From assembly GCA_033764955.1 (NCBI GenBank), contig JANRIL010000023.1, forward strand, positions 64,001-128,000: 64,000 nucleotides of DNA, in the 5' to 3' direction. A model generated the notes under the pieces. That model was not told the origin of the DNA and searched no databases. It was given only the letters and a program-made list of their open reading frames with translations. The position numbers were made by a program, and so were the translations under genes. Origin of the DNA: Cyanobacteriota bacterium (GTDB lineage Bacteria > Cyanobacteriota > Cyanobacteriia > Thermostichales > Thermostichaceae). Positions 1 to 9,504 of this stretch are shown piece after piece. Positions within the stretch are counted from its first letter, which is position 1. Each line of letters starts with the position of its first letter.

Positions 1-127
1 ACCGGGAGGGATCCCCCACCAGGTCGCGGTCAGAAGGATCCGCAGGCGGAGGGTTTTCCTTTTTGGATTGACGAGGACGACGTGAACGACGATCCGAAGG
101 ACGATCTTGATGATCTGAACTAGCCAT
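1..127 (-). CDS. 5' part of a gene running off the left edge (low-complexity N-terminus)
   Basis: ATG at 127-125 opens MASSDHQDRPSDRRSRRPRQSKKENPPPADPSDRD... with no stop before the window edge; product not identifiable. Confidence 0.4.
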   Translation of the reverse strand, partial: MASSDHQDRPSDRRSRRPRQSKKENPPPADPSDRDLVGDPSR

Positions 128-290
128 CTCCCCACCCCCACCGATACAACAACACCTTGCTTTTAAGCGTAGCTGACCGGAGGCGGATTTTCTGGTGGCA
201 AGAACCGAGGGATCCCTTTCCCCCCATATCTTCCCCCCAGCTCCCCGGCATGACTGGGGTTCATTACGGGAGTTCTGGATGGAGCGGGTG

Positions 291-1226
291 TTAGTGATGG
301 GTATCCGGCAGTTTAGGTAGGGAGGCAGATAACACCATTCGCCTAGCCTGAGACTGGTCATAAGCAATCCACAAGCCACTAAAAAAGATGATGGCGCTAC
401 CGATCCAGGTCCAGATTGTGGGCAGTTCTCCGAAGGCAAAATAGCCGATCAGGGTTGCCCAAATCATGGCCGAAAAATCAAAGGGCATGAGGGTGCTGAG
501 GTCGGCTTGGCGGTAAGCCTGGGTGACGGCCAGTTGTCCTAGTGTGCCCAAGGCTCCCAAAGCCACCAACCCCCACCATTCGGTTGCGGTCGGCCACTGC
601 CACACCAGAAGAGCAGGGATGAGGGAGAGGGGGGTTTGCACCAACCCCATGTAGGTAGTAATGGTTAAACTAGATTCCGTTTGAGCCAAAATCTTCACCA
701 AAATCGCCGCCCAAGCCAAAAGGAGTGAGGCCAACAAAATCGTCATCGATCCGGCAGAAATCACCTGAAAGCCAGGGCGAAGAATGACCAGTGTTCCCAA
801 AAAGCCCGCTGCCAGCGCCAGCAAGCGTTGCCATTGGGTAGCCTCCTTTAATATCCAAATCGCCAACAGGCTGGCAAACAAAGGGATCGTAAACCCCAGA
901 GCGGTCGCCTCGGCCAGAGGAACCCAACTCAGCCCCAAAAAAAACAACATCATGCCCGTGTTATTGACCAGTCCCCGCAACAGATAGAAACGCATCTGTC
1001 CCGTTTGTAGGCACCCCCGTCCCACCCGCCCCAACAGGGGCAGCAACCAAAGCAGCCCGAAAAGGTTGCGGAAAAAAGCCAGTTCAAACGGGTGGAGGGA
1101 TCCGGAAAAATAGCGAATCAGGGCATCCATCACCATAAAAGCGGCGGTGGCCAGCAAAACCAAACCAATACCTCGTAAGGTGCGAGTGGAGTGGGTCGAG
1201 GAATCGGTGGCTAATACTCCGACCAT
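291..1226 (-). CDS. EamA/DMT family transporter
   Basis: 311 aa, about 10 hydrophobic segments, two EamA repeats (ELAFFRNLFG...; LAEATALGFTIPLF; AYRQADLSTLMPFDF). Confidence 0.9.
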   Translation of the reverse strand: MVGVLATDSSTHSTRTLRGIGLVLLATAAFMVMDALIRYFSGSLHPFELAFFRNLFGLLWLLPLLGRVGRGCLQTGQMRFYLLRGLVNNTGMMLFFLGLSWVPLAEATALGFTIPLFASLLAIWILKEATQWQRLLALAAGFLGTLVILRPGFQVISAGSMTILLASLLLAWAAILVKILAQTESSLTITTYMGLVQTPLSLIPALLVWQWPTATEWWGLVALGALGTLGQLAVTQAYRQADLSTLMPFDFSAMIWATLIGYFAFGELPTIWTWIGSAIIFFSGLWIAYDQSQARRMVLSASLPKLPDTHH

Positions 1227-1381
1227 AGGAGTCCTTAGAATCTATGCAAACGCTCTTAATCCTCCCATAGGCCAGAGGGGGGTTTATTGCTCAGATCGAC
1301 AGGAATGGATCCCAGCCCACCGCCCTCCTCAATCAAATAGGGGAGACCACCCTATCAAATAGAAATTGAGGATCCCGCTGC

Positions 1382-1521
1382 TCAGTTACTGTCCTTCACT
1401 CCGCCGAATTCTCTAGAGATGATTGAAGGCTCGAAGCGTGAGCTGCCATCAGCATATCAATAGCCCCAATGGCCAGCCCTCTGGTTTTCAAACTGCTTCT
1501 AACCAAACCATAAATAGTTGC
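1382..1521 (-). pseudogene. vapC: VapC (PIN) toxin C-terminal remnant
   Basis: Minus-strand translation ATIYGLVRSSLKTRGLAIGAIDMLMAAHASSLQ, then after a frameshift ISREFGGVKDSN*; resembles VapC YG.IR..L...G..IG..D.LIAAHA...REF; no start or N-terminus. Confidence 0.65.
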
Positions 1522-1632
1522 CTATGGTGGAAGCAAATTACTGAGTAAGCTTATGTATAGAGCTAAGGGATCCCCCCATGGCGCTAGACGGCAAGTTTTT
1601 CCTGTAGTGTTTACCTTCCCTGAGATCCGCCC

Positions 1633-2400
1633 ATGATTGACAGTCATGTTCACCTCAATTTTGATAGTTTTGCCGATGATTTGCAGGCGGTAGCGGAACG
1701 GTGGCGACAGGCAGGAATAACCCAACTCATCCACGCCTGTTGCCGTCCACAGGAGTTCCCTCAATTGCAAGCCGTGGCTGATCGCTTTCCCGAAGTGGCC
1801 TTGGCAGTGGGGCTGCATCCCCTACAAGCATCTGAATGGGATCCTGACACTGAGGAAAGCATCCGGGAACTAGCTCAGCAGGATGCACGGGTGGTGGCAA
1901 TTGGAGAAACAGGTTTGGATTTTTACAAAGCAGATCCGGCCACGATTGAGCAACAAAGAATGGCCTTTCGTCGCCAAATTGCTATTGCCCAACAATTGGA
2001 TTTGGCTTTAATCATTCATTGTCGAGACGCCGCCATTGTTACCCGCGAGATATTGCAGGAAATAAAGGGGATCCGGGCAGTCATGCACTGCTGGGGGGGC
2101 ACTCCCGAAGAAACCCGCTGGTTTGTGGAGATGGGCTTCTACATCAGTTTTAGTGGGATTGCCACCTTCAAAAACGCCAAAACGGTTCAACAGTCCGTGT
2201 TAGAAGTGCCTAGCGACCGCCTCTTGATCGAAACTGACTGTCCCTTTTTGGCTCCTGTTCCCCACCGTGGCCAACGCAATGAGCCTGCCTATGTTGCCCA
2301 GGTTGCCCAGATGATCAGTACCCTCCGCCAGCAACCCCTGGAGGAGATCATCGCCACCACCACCCAGAATGCCCAACGACTGTTTGCCCTAACGCAATAA
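1633..2400 (+). CDS. tatD: TatD family deoxyribonuclease
   Basis: MIDSHVHL, GLHP, AIGETGLDFY, IIHCRDA, MHCW, LLIETDCPFLAPVPHRG.RNEP motifs. Confidence 0.95.
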   Translation: MIDSHVHLNFDSFADDLQAVAERWRQAGITQLIHACCRPQEFPQLQAVADRFPEVALAVGLHPLQASEWDPDTEESIRELAQQDARVVAIGETGLDFYKADPATIEQQRMAFRRQIAIAQQLDLALIIHCRDAAIVTREILQEIKGIRAVMHCWGGTPEETRWFVEMGFYISFSGIATFKNAKTVQQSVLEVPSDRLLIETDCPFLAPVPHRGQRNEPAYVAQVAQMISTLRQQPLEEIIATTTQNAQRLFALTQ

Positions 2401-2436
2401 CACCGAAGAACACCGAAGAACAAAGGGATCCCTCGT

Positions 2437-2745
2437 TTAGTCGCTTTCGGCTTGGGGACGAGGATCCGGCTTGCGGGAGCGGCGGGTTGGCATCCACATA
2501 CTAATGCCAGTTGCCGCCATCACCAGTAGACCCAAGGCATTCAAAAATGGATAAATGACCTGTAAGTTGACGGGTCCCCAGGTACCTTTATGTGCTTCGA
2601 TTAGCCAATAAAAATCTCCGGCCTTTCCAGTTAGTAAGGCAATTTGATAGAGAGATCCGGTGGTTACAGTGAGCAAAATTGGCAGAATCATGACGGGGGC
2701 AATCACCCGATGAGCTTTACGAATTGCTGCTTTATTGACGGCCAT
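2437..2745 (-). CDS. small membrane protein, PepSY-associated TM type
   Basis: RKAHRVIAPVMILPILLTVTTG...WLIEAHKG...YPFLNALGLL pattern with two TM helices. Confidence 0.7.
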   Translation of the reverse strand: MAVNKAAIRKAHRVIAPVMILPILLTVTTGSLYQIALLTGKAGDFYWLIEAHKGTWGPVNLQVIYPFLNALGLLVMAATGISMWMPTRRSRKPDPRPQAESD

Positions 2746-2859
2746 TGCTTTCCTCTCTTCCTAGCTACTTTTCATTACCATTATCCCTAATACGCAAGAC
2801 CACCGCGAGTGGATTTGCTTTGGCTATCCATTTCACTAAACAGGAATTATCCATCTGAA

Positions 2860-3123
2860 TCATAGAAAATATCGGAGGCTTTGCCATTGAGAGAGATTTC
2901 CTGTCTGGGTTTGAGTAGCCAACGGCACATCAATTAACTGTCGGATCCGCTCATCTTGTTGGTTAGAACGTCTGCTTGCCACCGTCACAAACTGATTCAG
3001 GTTTCGCTCTAGTTGATTTAGGTTTGGCTCTAGTTCCTGCATCCCTGTGGATCCGACATCAGCCACCCGCGTCACCGCCTCTGCTAATTGAGAAAATCTT
3101 TGGTTAAGTGCTCCCTCATTCAT
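2860..3123 (-). CDS. short coiled-coil hypothetical protein
   Basis: 87-aa ORF with heptad-like content (LNQLERNLNQF); purine-rich sequence before the ATG. Confidence 0.4.
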   Translation of the reverse strand: MNEGALNQRFSQLAEAVTRVADVGSTGMQELEPNLNQLERNLNQFVTVASRRSNQQDERIRQLIDVPLATQTQTGNLSQWQSLRYFL

Positions 3124-3410
3124 TTTCCCTTCATTGGTTGTTCGATCTTTGTGATGACCATCAGCACATCCGTAAGAGTGAGTTCACAGTCTAAATCGAT
3201 GACAGGGACGATCATAAGGGTTGAGGAGGCTAAAGATAGGTGGATTATTTGACATTCTACCCTGTCAGCATCATCCATCACGAGGGTAGAGTAGTATCAC
3301 CCTCAACAAGCAACTGGTAAGTAGCCAATAGCTTTGTATGGATCCTCAGACAAAATATCTTTATGATCGCCACTGATGAGTTTAGCCTAGCCTCTTTACC
3401 TTAGTTTTTT

Positions 3411-4715
3411 ATGATCAAAGTTTTGCATCTTTCAGATATCCATTTGGGAAGTGGTCTGGCCTATGGCAAAATCAATCCGCAAACGGGTATCAATACACGC
3501 CTAGAAGACTTTTCTTTAACACTCCAACGGTGCATCGATCACGCCCTACAAGAACCTGTAGATTTGGTTTTATTTGGCGGTGATGCCTTTCCTGATGCCA
3601 CACCACCACCCCTGCATCACGAACTATTTGCCCGCCAATTTCGCCGCCTTGCGGATGCCGGGATCCCGACTGTTTTGCTGGTGGGAAATCATGATCAATA
3701 TGGTCAAGGTCAGGAGGGATCCAGTTTGGCCATTTATCGCGCCCTGGGGGTGACCGGGTTTATTGTTGGGGATCAATTGCAAACCCATCGGATTGCTACC
3801 GCCCATGGAGAGGTGCAGGTGACGACCCTCCCTTGGCTCAACCGCTCCGCACTGCTCACTCGCCAGGAGATGATCGGGATCCCGGCGGAGTCGATTGCCC
3901 TGCAACTGCTGCAACGCCTACATCTGGCCCTCGAATCCGAAATTCGCCAATTGGATAGCCAACTTCCGGCCATTCTATTAGTCCATGCTATGGTGGATAC
4001 CGCCAAATATGGCTCAGAACGACATTTAGCCGTGGGCAAAGGCTTTATACTACCTCTTTCCCTCTTGGCTCGCTCGGCTTATCACTATGTGGCATTGGGG
4101 CATGTGCATCGCCATCAGGTACTCTGCCGGGATCCCTGGGTGGTTTATCCGGGTAGCATCGAGCGGGTAGATTTTGGCGAAGAAGAAGAAACCAAAGGGT
4201 TTGTCATCGCAGAAATTGGCTTAGCGGAAACCTCGGTGCAGTTTATCCCCTTACCTACCCGCCCTTTTCATACGATCCGTGTGGATGTTTCCTCTCTCAA
4301 AACAGAGGAGGGCAGCCCACAAACAGCCATTTTGCAGGCCATCAGCAATGTTGCTATTGCGGATGCGATTGTTCGGTTGATCTATCGGATTCGACCTGAC
4401 CAATTGGAAACCCTAGACGAGCCCGCACTCCACAAAGCCCTCAGCCCTGCCTTTAGCTATGCCATAGCCCCCGAAGTCGCCACCCCAACTCGCCTACGTC
4501 TACCAGGCTTGGATCCCCAACAACTGGAGCCGTTGCAACTGTTGCAACAATACCTAGAGACCCGCCCTGATTTAGCCCGGTTACAAACGGATTTACTGGC
4601 GGCGGCTCAGCAATTGTTGGAGCAAGACGGGGGGGAGTGGGAGCGAGAGGAATGGGATCCCGATCCTCCAGAGGAGGCATTTAGCTTGGATCCCCAACAA
4701 TTGCGCCTACTCTAA
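3411..4715 (+). CDS. sbcD: exonuclease SbcCD subunit D
   Basis: LHLSDIHLG, FGGDAF, LVGNHD, YVALGHVH, YPGSIERVDFGE metallophosphoesterase motifs. Confidence 0.95.
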   Translation: MIKVLHLSDIHLGSGLAYGKINPQTGINTRLEDFSLTLQRCIDHALQEPVDLVLFGGDAFPDATPPPLHHELFARQFRRLADAGIPTVLLVGNHDQYGQGQEGSSLAIYRALGVTGFIVGDQLQTHRIATAHGEVQVTTLPWLNRSALLTRQEMIGIPAESIALQLLQRLHLALESEIRQLDSQLPAILLVHAMVDTAKYGSERHLAVGKGFILPLSLLARSAYHYVALGHVHRHQVLCRDPWVVYPGSIERVDFGEEEETKGFVIAEIGLAETSVQFIPLPTRPFHTIRVDVSSLKTEEGSPQTAILQAISNVAIADAIVRLIYRIRPDQLETLDEPALHKALSPAFSYAIAPEVATPTRLRLPGLDPQQLEPLQLLQQYLETRPDLARLQTDLLAAAQQLLEQDGGEWEREEWDPDPPEEAFSLDPQQLRLL

Positions 4716-4868
4716 ACACAGCCAATTTTGACCATTTAACAGCTTTTCAAACTTATTACTGATTTGTCAGCCATAGAAGCTAATCATCAATAAATACTGA
4801 GTTTGGAGAGACTAAATTTGTATATCTGACCCTTCATATTTAGGGTTTGGCCTCATCCGATAGGTTGA

Positions 4869-4988
4869 TACAGCCTATTCAGGAGTTGCCTGTTACAGGC
4901 TAGGATCCCCTCTAGCCCCCCTTGCTAAGGGGGATTTGGGGGGATCGAGATTCCTGGCCTGTCATAGATAATTCGTGAACAAGCTGTA
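4869..4988. mobile_element. MITE-like element with imperfect TIRs, TA flanks and an internal G/C-tract palindrome
   Basis: Left TACAGCCTATTCAGGAGTT vs reverse complement of right end TACAGCTTGTTCACGAATT (15/19); inside is a GGATCCCCTCTAGCCCCC...GGGGATTTGGGGGGATC repeat of the cyanobacterial short-dispersed-repeat type. Confidence 0.6.
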
Positions 4989-5310
4989 ACTCATCTTTTG
5001 ACAGATAGCTCTGTGGGTGAAAAGTCATGGGACTATGGGATCCCCTCATTTTTTGGCTTGTCCTGTTTTTTATATAATCTCTTAGAGAGGGACTATGACT
5101 TCCTCAGTCTGTTTGGTCACGGATATTGCGCGGATGCGTGATGAATTCTGCGTTTTTGCTTGTTCTCTCAGTCAGATGATTTTTTGCAGAATAACATAGT
5201 CTGTTTGCCTCTTTGAGGATGTTTGAGGGTGACAAGAGCGTATCAAAGCTTCTGGCTAATGGCTCTGACGTTGACCCTGTTACCGTTTTATGCAAACCTG
5301 AGGAAACTGT

Positions 5311-5841
5311 ATGCGTATCATGCAAAAGCTTAGTCTAGCGACAGCTACCCTATTCATATCTGGGTTCTTTCATATGGCGGTTATGGCTCAATCTTCCCCG
5401 AATTTTTCCGGTGTTTGGCAGCTTGACTTAAAAGCTTCCGACTCCATTGATGAAATTATGAAGGTGCAAGGCTTTAGTGGGATTGAGCGTAATTTTGCCG
5501 CCAAGATGGCCGTTACCCAAACCATCACCCAAACCGATCAAGTGGTCACCATCACCATCAAAAATCCTGCCAATACCACCACCGAGGAGCTGAAACTGGA
5601 TGGTTCGGAGGAAAACAAATCTACCCCGCGCATGGGAGAAGTCACCACCCGCAGCTTTTGGGATCCCAGTGGCACGGCACTGATTACAGAGTTGGATATG
5701 ACAACGAAAGACGGTGCTCCGGCGGAGCTGATCATCCGTCGCTACCTAGAAGACAACGGCAACACGATGGTGCAGGCCATGGAACTGAAGCTAGCCCAGG
5801 GAGATGTGTTGAAGGCCAACCGTGTCTTTCGCAAATCCTAA
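5311..5841 (+). CDS. secreted calycin (FABP/lipocalin-like) beta-barrel protein
   Basis: Signal-peptide-like N-terminus ending VMA-Q, then PNFSGVW, a helix-turn-helix segment, beta strands and terminal ANRVFRK. Confidence 0.7.
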   Translation: MRIMQKLSLATATLFISGFFHMAVMAQSSPNFSGVWQLDLKASDSIDEIMKVQGFSGIERNFAAKMAVTQTITQTDQVVTITIKNPANTTTEELKLDGSEENKSTPRMGEVTTRSFWDPSGTALITELDMTTKDGAPAELIIRRYLEDNGNTMVQAMELKLAQGDVLKANRVFRKS

Positions 5842-5996
5842 GCCTGCCCGTTCACAAGCCTAGGGATCCCTAGGATCCTATGGGGCAAGATGGGAGCAAC
5901 TCAGGTTATCCTGACGGAGGTGAAGGGGAGAACGAGTGTCTAGTCTTGGGTTTCTCCCCCTTCGATGGGTTGTTTCTGTGGCTGATGGGGATCCCG

Positions 5997-6857
5997 ATGC
6001 GTCGTACTAATCTGCCTAATCTCGATCTATCCAACTTCTTACCCCTGATTGGCCTGCTGCTGGTGGGTTTGTTAGTATTGCCCCGCTGCCTGCTGGTGGT
6101 GCAACCGGGTTATGAGGCGGTGATCTTTAACCGGATTACGGGGGTGGAATTGACGCCCCGCCGCGAGGGGGTTCACATCTTGATCCCGATCATGCAGTTT
6201 CCCACCCTCTATGACATCCGCACCCAAACCTATAGCATGGCTAGCCAAAGCGAGGAGCGCAGTGTCAAAGCGGATGATTCGTTGACGGCTTTAACAGCGG
6301 ATGGGCAACGGGTGGAGTTGGATATCTCTGTGCGCTATCGTTTGGATCCCGCCAAAGTGCCAGAAATTCATCAGCGGGTCGGCCCCAACTATCTCAACAA
6401 AATTATTCGTCCCGCCTCCCAGGCTATGGTTCGCAATGTGATTGCCCGCTATTCTGCCATCGGGGTGTATTCGGAGCAACGGGCGGAAATTCAAAATCAA
6501 ATCGAAGCGGAACTGGGCACCCTTATGCAGCCCGAGGGGCTGATCCTGCAAAGTCTACTGCTGCGGAATGTGGAATTTTCCAAAGAATTTCAGTCGGCTA
6601 TCGAGGCTAAACAGATCGCGGAACAGGAAAAACAACGGGAAGTCTTTCGCGTCGAACAGGCCGAGTTAATTAAACAACGCATGATCGTCAACGCAGAAGG
6701 AGAAGCCCAATCCATCCTCCTCAAGGGAGAAGCTTTGCGGAACAACCCCAACGTCATTCAACTGGAGTATGTTCGCAACCTGCCCGATAACCTACAAGCC
6801 ATCGTCAGCGAACAAAACACAATCTTCAATTTCAGCAGTTTCCTCGAACGGGAATAG
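5997..6857 (+). CDS. prohibitin / SPFH (band 7) family membrane protein
   Basis: N-terminal TM, VVQPGYEAVIFNRITG, TADGQRVELDISVRYR, FQSAIEAKQIAEQE; ATG 5997 preferred over 5880. Confidence 0.9.
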   Translation: MRRTNLPNLDLSNFLPLIGLLLVGLLVLPRCLLVVQPGYEAVIFNRITGVELTPRREGVHILIPIMQFPTLYDIRTQTYSMASQSEERSVKADDSLTALTADGQRVELDISVRYRLDPAKVPEIHQRVGPNYLNKIIRPASQAMVRNVIARYSAIGVYSEQRAEIQNQIEAELGTLMQPEGLILQSLLLRNVEFSKEFQSAIEAKQIAEQEKQREVFRVEQAELIKQRMIVNAEGEAQSILLKGEALRNNPNVIQLEYVRNLPDNLQAIVSEQNTIFNFSSFLERE

Positions 6858-6982
6858 AGGGATTGTTCTCAGCCTTTGCCTGCTAGTCAAGGAATCCCTT
6901 AACTTTACAAGTCATAGTCGGTATGAGTATGATTTAGATATGCAACAAATCACAGTAAAGGTTCGGCTGTGGAGGCATTTCG

Positions 6983-7594
6983 ATGACAACAGCAACACTC
7001 CAGCCCAACTCCCCAACTCCGGCAGAGCCGGGGATCCCGATCAAAATAGTTGCGTTGGGGGGAAGTTTACGCCATCCTTCTACCACCTATGCCGCCCTCC
7101 ACTATTTGGCGGAGGAAATGGCACAACTGGGCGTGCATCTAGAGATTTTGGATCTGCGGCAGATGCGGCTGCCCTTTTGTGACGGGGGAGAAACCTATCC
7201 CGACTTTCCCGATGTGGCGCACCTCAAAGCGGCAGTCAAGGCCGCCGATGCTATTGTCCTGGCTAGCCCCGAATATCATGGCAGTATCAGTGGGGTCTTA
7301 AAAAATGCCCTTGATTTGTTGGGGTTTGAAGAAATGGCAGACAAAGTGTTTGGAGCCATCAGCGTTTTGGGGGGCGAGTCTAACAGCAATAGCTTGAACG
7401 ATCTGCGGGTGATTGTGCGTTGGCTGCATGGCTGGATGATTCCCGAACAAATCGCTATTGGTAAGGCTTGGCAGGCTTTTGATACCAATGGCCAGATCAA
7501 AGATGAGCGACTCCGCCAACGCTTTACTGCCTTTGCCCGTAGTCTGATCAGCCATACCGCCAAACTGCGCGGGATCCCCTTGCGGTTGGATTAG
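6983..7594 (+). CDS. NADPH-dependent FMN reductase
   Basis: GGSLRHPS, ASPEYHGSISGVLKNALD flavodoxin-like motifs. Confidence 0.9.
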   Translation: MTTATLQPNSPTPAEPGIPIKIVALGGSLRHPSTTYAALHYLAEEMAQLGVHLEILDLRQMRLPFCDGGETYPDFPDVAHLKAAVKAADAIVLASPEYHGSISGVLKNALDLLGFEEMADKVFGAISVLGGESNSNSLNDLRVIVRWLHGWMIPEQIAIGKAWQAFDTNGQIKDERLRQRFTAFARSLISHTAKLRGIPLRLD

Positions 7595-7642
7595 GTTGCA
7601 TTAGGATTATCTGAATCTCGTGGTGATTGTCACTGGCTTTGA

Positions 7643-8464
7643 TTAGCTGTAGCTGGTGATCAACACCTCTGAGATTTTACCTCGCCCCTTAGCTTGAGAA
7701 TTAATGGCGCGACCGGCAAAGATAGTGTGGATGTGAAATCCTTGATAAAGCTCTCGAATAAATTGACAATCAGAATTGGAAAGCATCACTTTTACCCGTC
7801 GGCTTGTTAGCTCCTGCATAACATTCCGCAAACGAATTTGTTCAGCCTCAGCAAAGGTATAGCGACTGTAGGAGGTAAAACTACTAGTTGGGCTGAGGGG
7901 ATGATAGGGGGGATCCAGATAAACAAAATCAGTTGGCGAGTGAGCTTTTTTGAGAATCTCATCAAAAGAGCACACTTCAATGCAGATATTTTGCAGAGCA
8001 GATGCGGCTAATCGTAGCAGAGAAGGATTACAAATTGCTGGATTTTTATAGCGTCCGATAGGCACATTAAACTCACCTCTAGTATTTTCTCGATAAAGGC
8101 CGTTAAAACAGGTTTTGTTGAGATAAAGGAATCGGGCAGCCCGCCAAATTGGATCGAGAGTGGTTGCGGATCGGATCTGATAATAATAATCGTGGTTATG
8201 TGCTTCTTGATGTTTATGTAAAAGGGTGATGAGGGCTTCAATGTGATCCCGCACGCATTGATAAACATTGACTAGCTCTGGATTGATATCACTCAAAATA
8301 GCCTGCTTAGGTTGCAAATGAAAAAAAATAGCCCCGCCACCCAAAAACGGCTCATAGTAGGTTTGATACTCTTTAGGGAAGTAGGGTTGATACTGAGCAA
8401 TTAACTGATGCTTTCCGCCTGCCCATTTTAGAAAGGGACGAGCTATTGATGAGCTAGGTGACAT
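7643..8464 (-). CDS. dam: Dam-type (D12 class) DNA adenine methyltransferase
   Basis: PFLKWAGGK, YYEPFLGGGA, YLNKTCFNGLYREN..GEFNVP.G, FVYLDPPY, VMLSNS. Confidence 0.9.
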   Translation of the reverse strand: MSPSSSIARPFLKWAGGKHQLIAQYQPYFPKEYQTYYEPFLGGGAIFFHLQPKQAILSDINPELVNVYQCVRDHIEALITLLHKHQEAHNHDYYYQIRSATTLDPIWRAARFLYLNKTCFNGLYRENTRGEFNVPIGRYKNPAICNPSLLRLAASALQNICIEVCSFDEILKKAHSPTDFVYLDPPYHPLSPTSSFTSYSRYTFAEAEQIRLRNVMQELTSRRVKVMLSNSDCQFIRELYQGFHIHTIFAGRAINSQAKGRGKISEVLITSYS

Positions 8465-8482
8465 GATAATTTCAGAACCATA

Positions 8483-9031
8483 TCAGCTAAAAGGCTTATG
8501 TTTAAGAGTAAGGGAGTCAATTAATTCTTGTATTGCCTGAACCAGCCGCTCCTCTAATTCAGCTTCCAACTGAATGGCTCCTTCTGGCGTAAATTGAATT
8601 TGGGAATTGACGGCATATACTCCCTTCAAAATATGAGCGGCTCCCATCACTGAAAAGAGGGGCTTCATGCCATAGTCGATGGCAAGCAGATGGTTAATCG
8701 TTCCTCCCACGGCCATCGGCAAAATAATCTTGTCGGCAAACGCATATTGAGGCAGCAAGTCCAATAGGGCTTTGAGAACTCCCGTATAGGTGGCTTTATA
8801 AACAGGAGTGGCGACTATCACCGCTTTCGATGCTTCGATAGCCAGTTGAATCGTTTTGAGAGCATCACTTTCAAAATTGCCGTAGACTAAATCTTCAGGA
8901 GATAGGTCGCGGATCGTAAAAAGACGGGTTTCAATTCCCTGCTGACTTAAGAGGTGAGTGGCTTGCGACAATAGGGCATGAGTGCGAGAGGTGGGGGCGG
9001 GACTGCCACATAGGTTAACGACAGCATACAT
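8483..9031 (-). CDS. ssuE: NADPH-dependent FMN reductase, SsuE type
   Basis: GSPAPTSRT, VATPVYKATYTGVLKALLDLLPQ, GGT.NHLLAIDY..KP. Confidence 0.85.
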   Translation of the reverse strand: MYAVVNLCGSPAPTSRTHALLSQATHLLSQQGIETRLFTIRDLSPEDLVYGNFESDALKTIQLAIEASKAVIVATPVYKATYTGVLKALLDLLPQYAFADKIILPMAVGGTINHLLAIDYGMKPLFSVMGAAHILKGVYAVNSQIQFTPEGAIQLEAELEERLVQAIQELIDSLTLKHKPFS

Positions 9032-9504
9032 AAATGGAAGCTCACAAGAGGGGATAAAAAATCAAGGAATCCTTCAGGTAGATACTCATCTTTATCACTA
9101 TAAGTGTCTAGGGTAAATGCCTGATCCCCCATCGCTGAGGCTAGATGGCAGGGGCACCTACCCAATCTCCGTAACGAAACGGTGGGTTTTACCCCTTGGA
9201 CTGGCCATCGCCCTCGATCATGCTGGGTATACCCTTGTTTGTGGTTTGGTCAACTGGCATTTTCATAACATCCCAGACTTCCGTTCTGAATAGCTTGCGG
9301 GTATGCTGGCTGTGGTTAGACTGGTCAACACTGCCCATAGCGGTAGGATAGGGTCTGAAGTTATGGCTATCTACTAGCAGCAGTATTCTTAACAGCAGAC
9401 AACACCGATCGTAACTTGCATTGACAGCGTTCCCTGACCAATCATTCTGAATTCAATTGCTTGGATCCCTTTTTTTGACTTCTTTTCGACCCATAGGTGA
9501 TGAG

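Noticed and set aside
2399..2422. Short tandem duplications (CACCGAAGAA x2; TTCCCCACGCT x2 near 13635)
   Set aside because: Only two copies each; ordinary slippage
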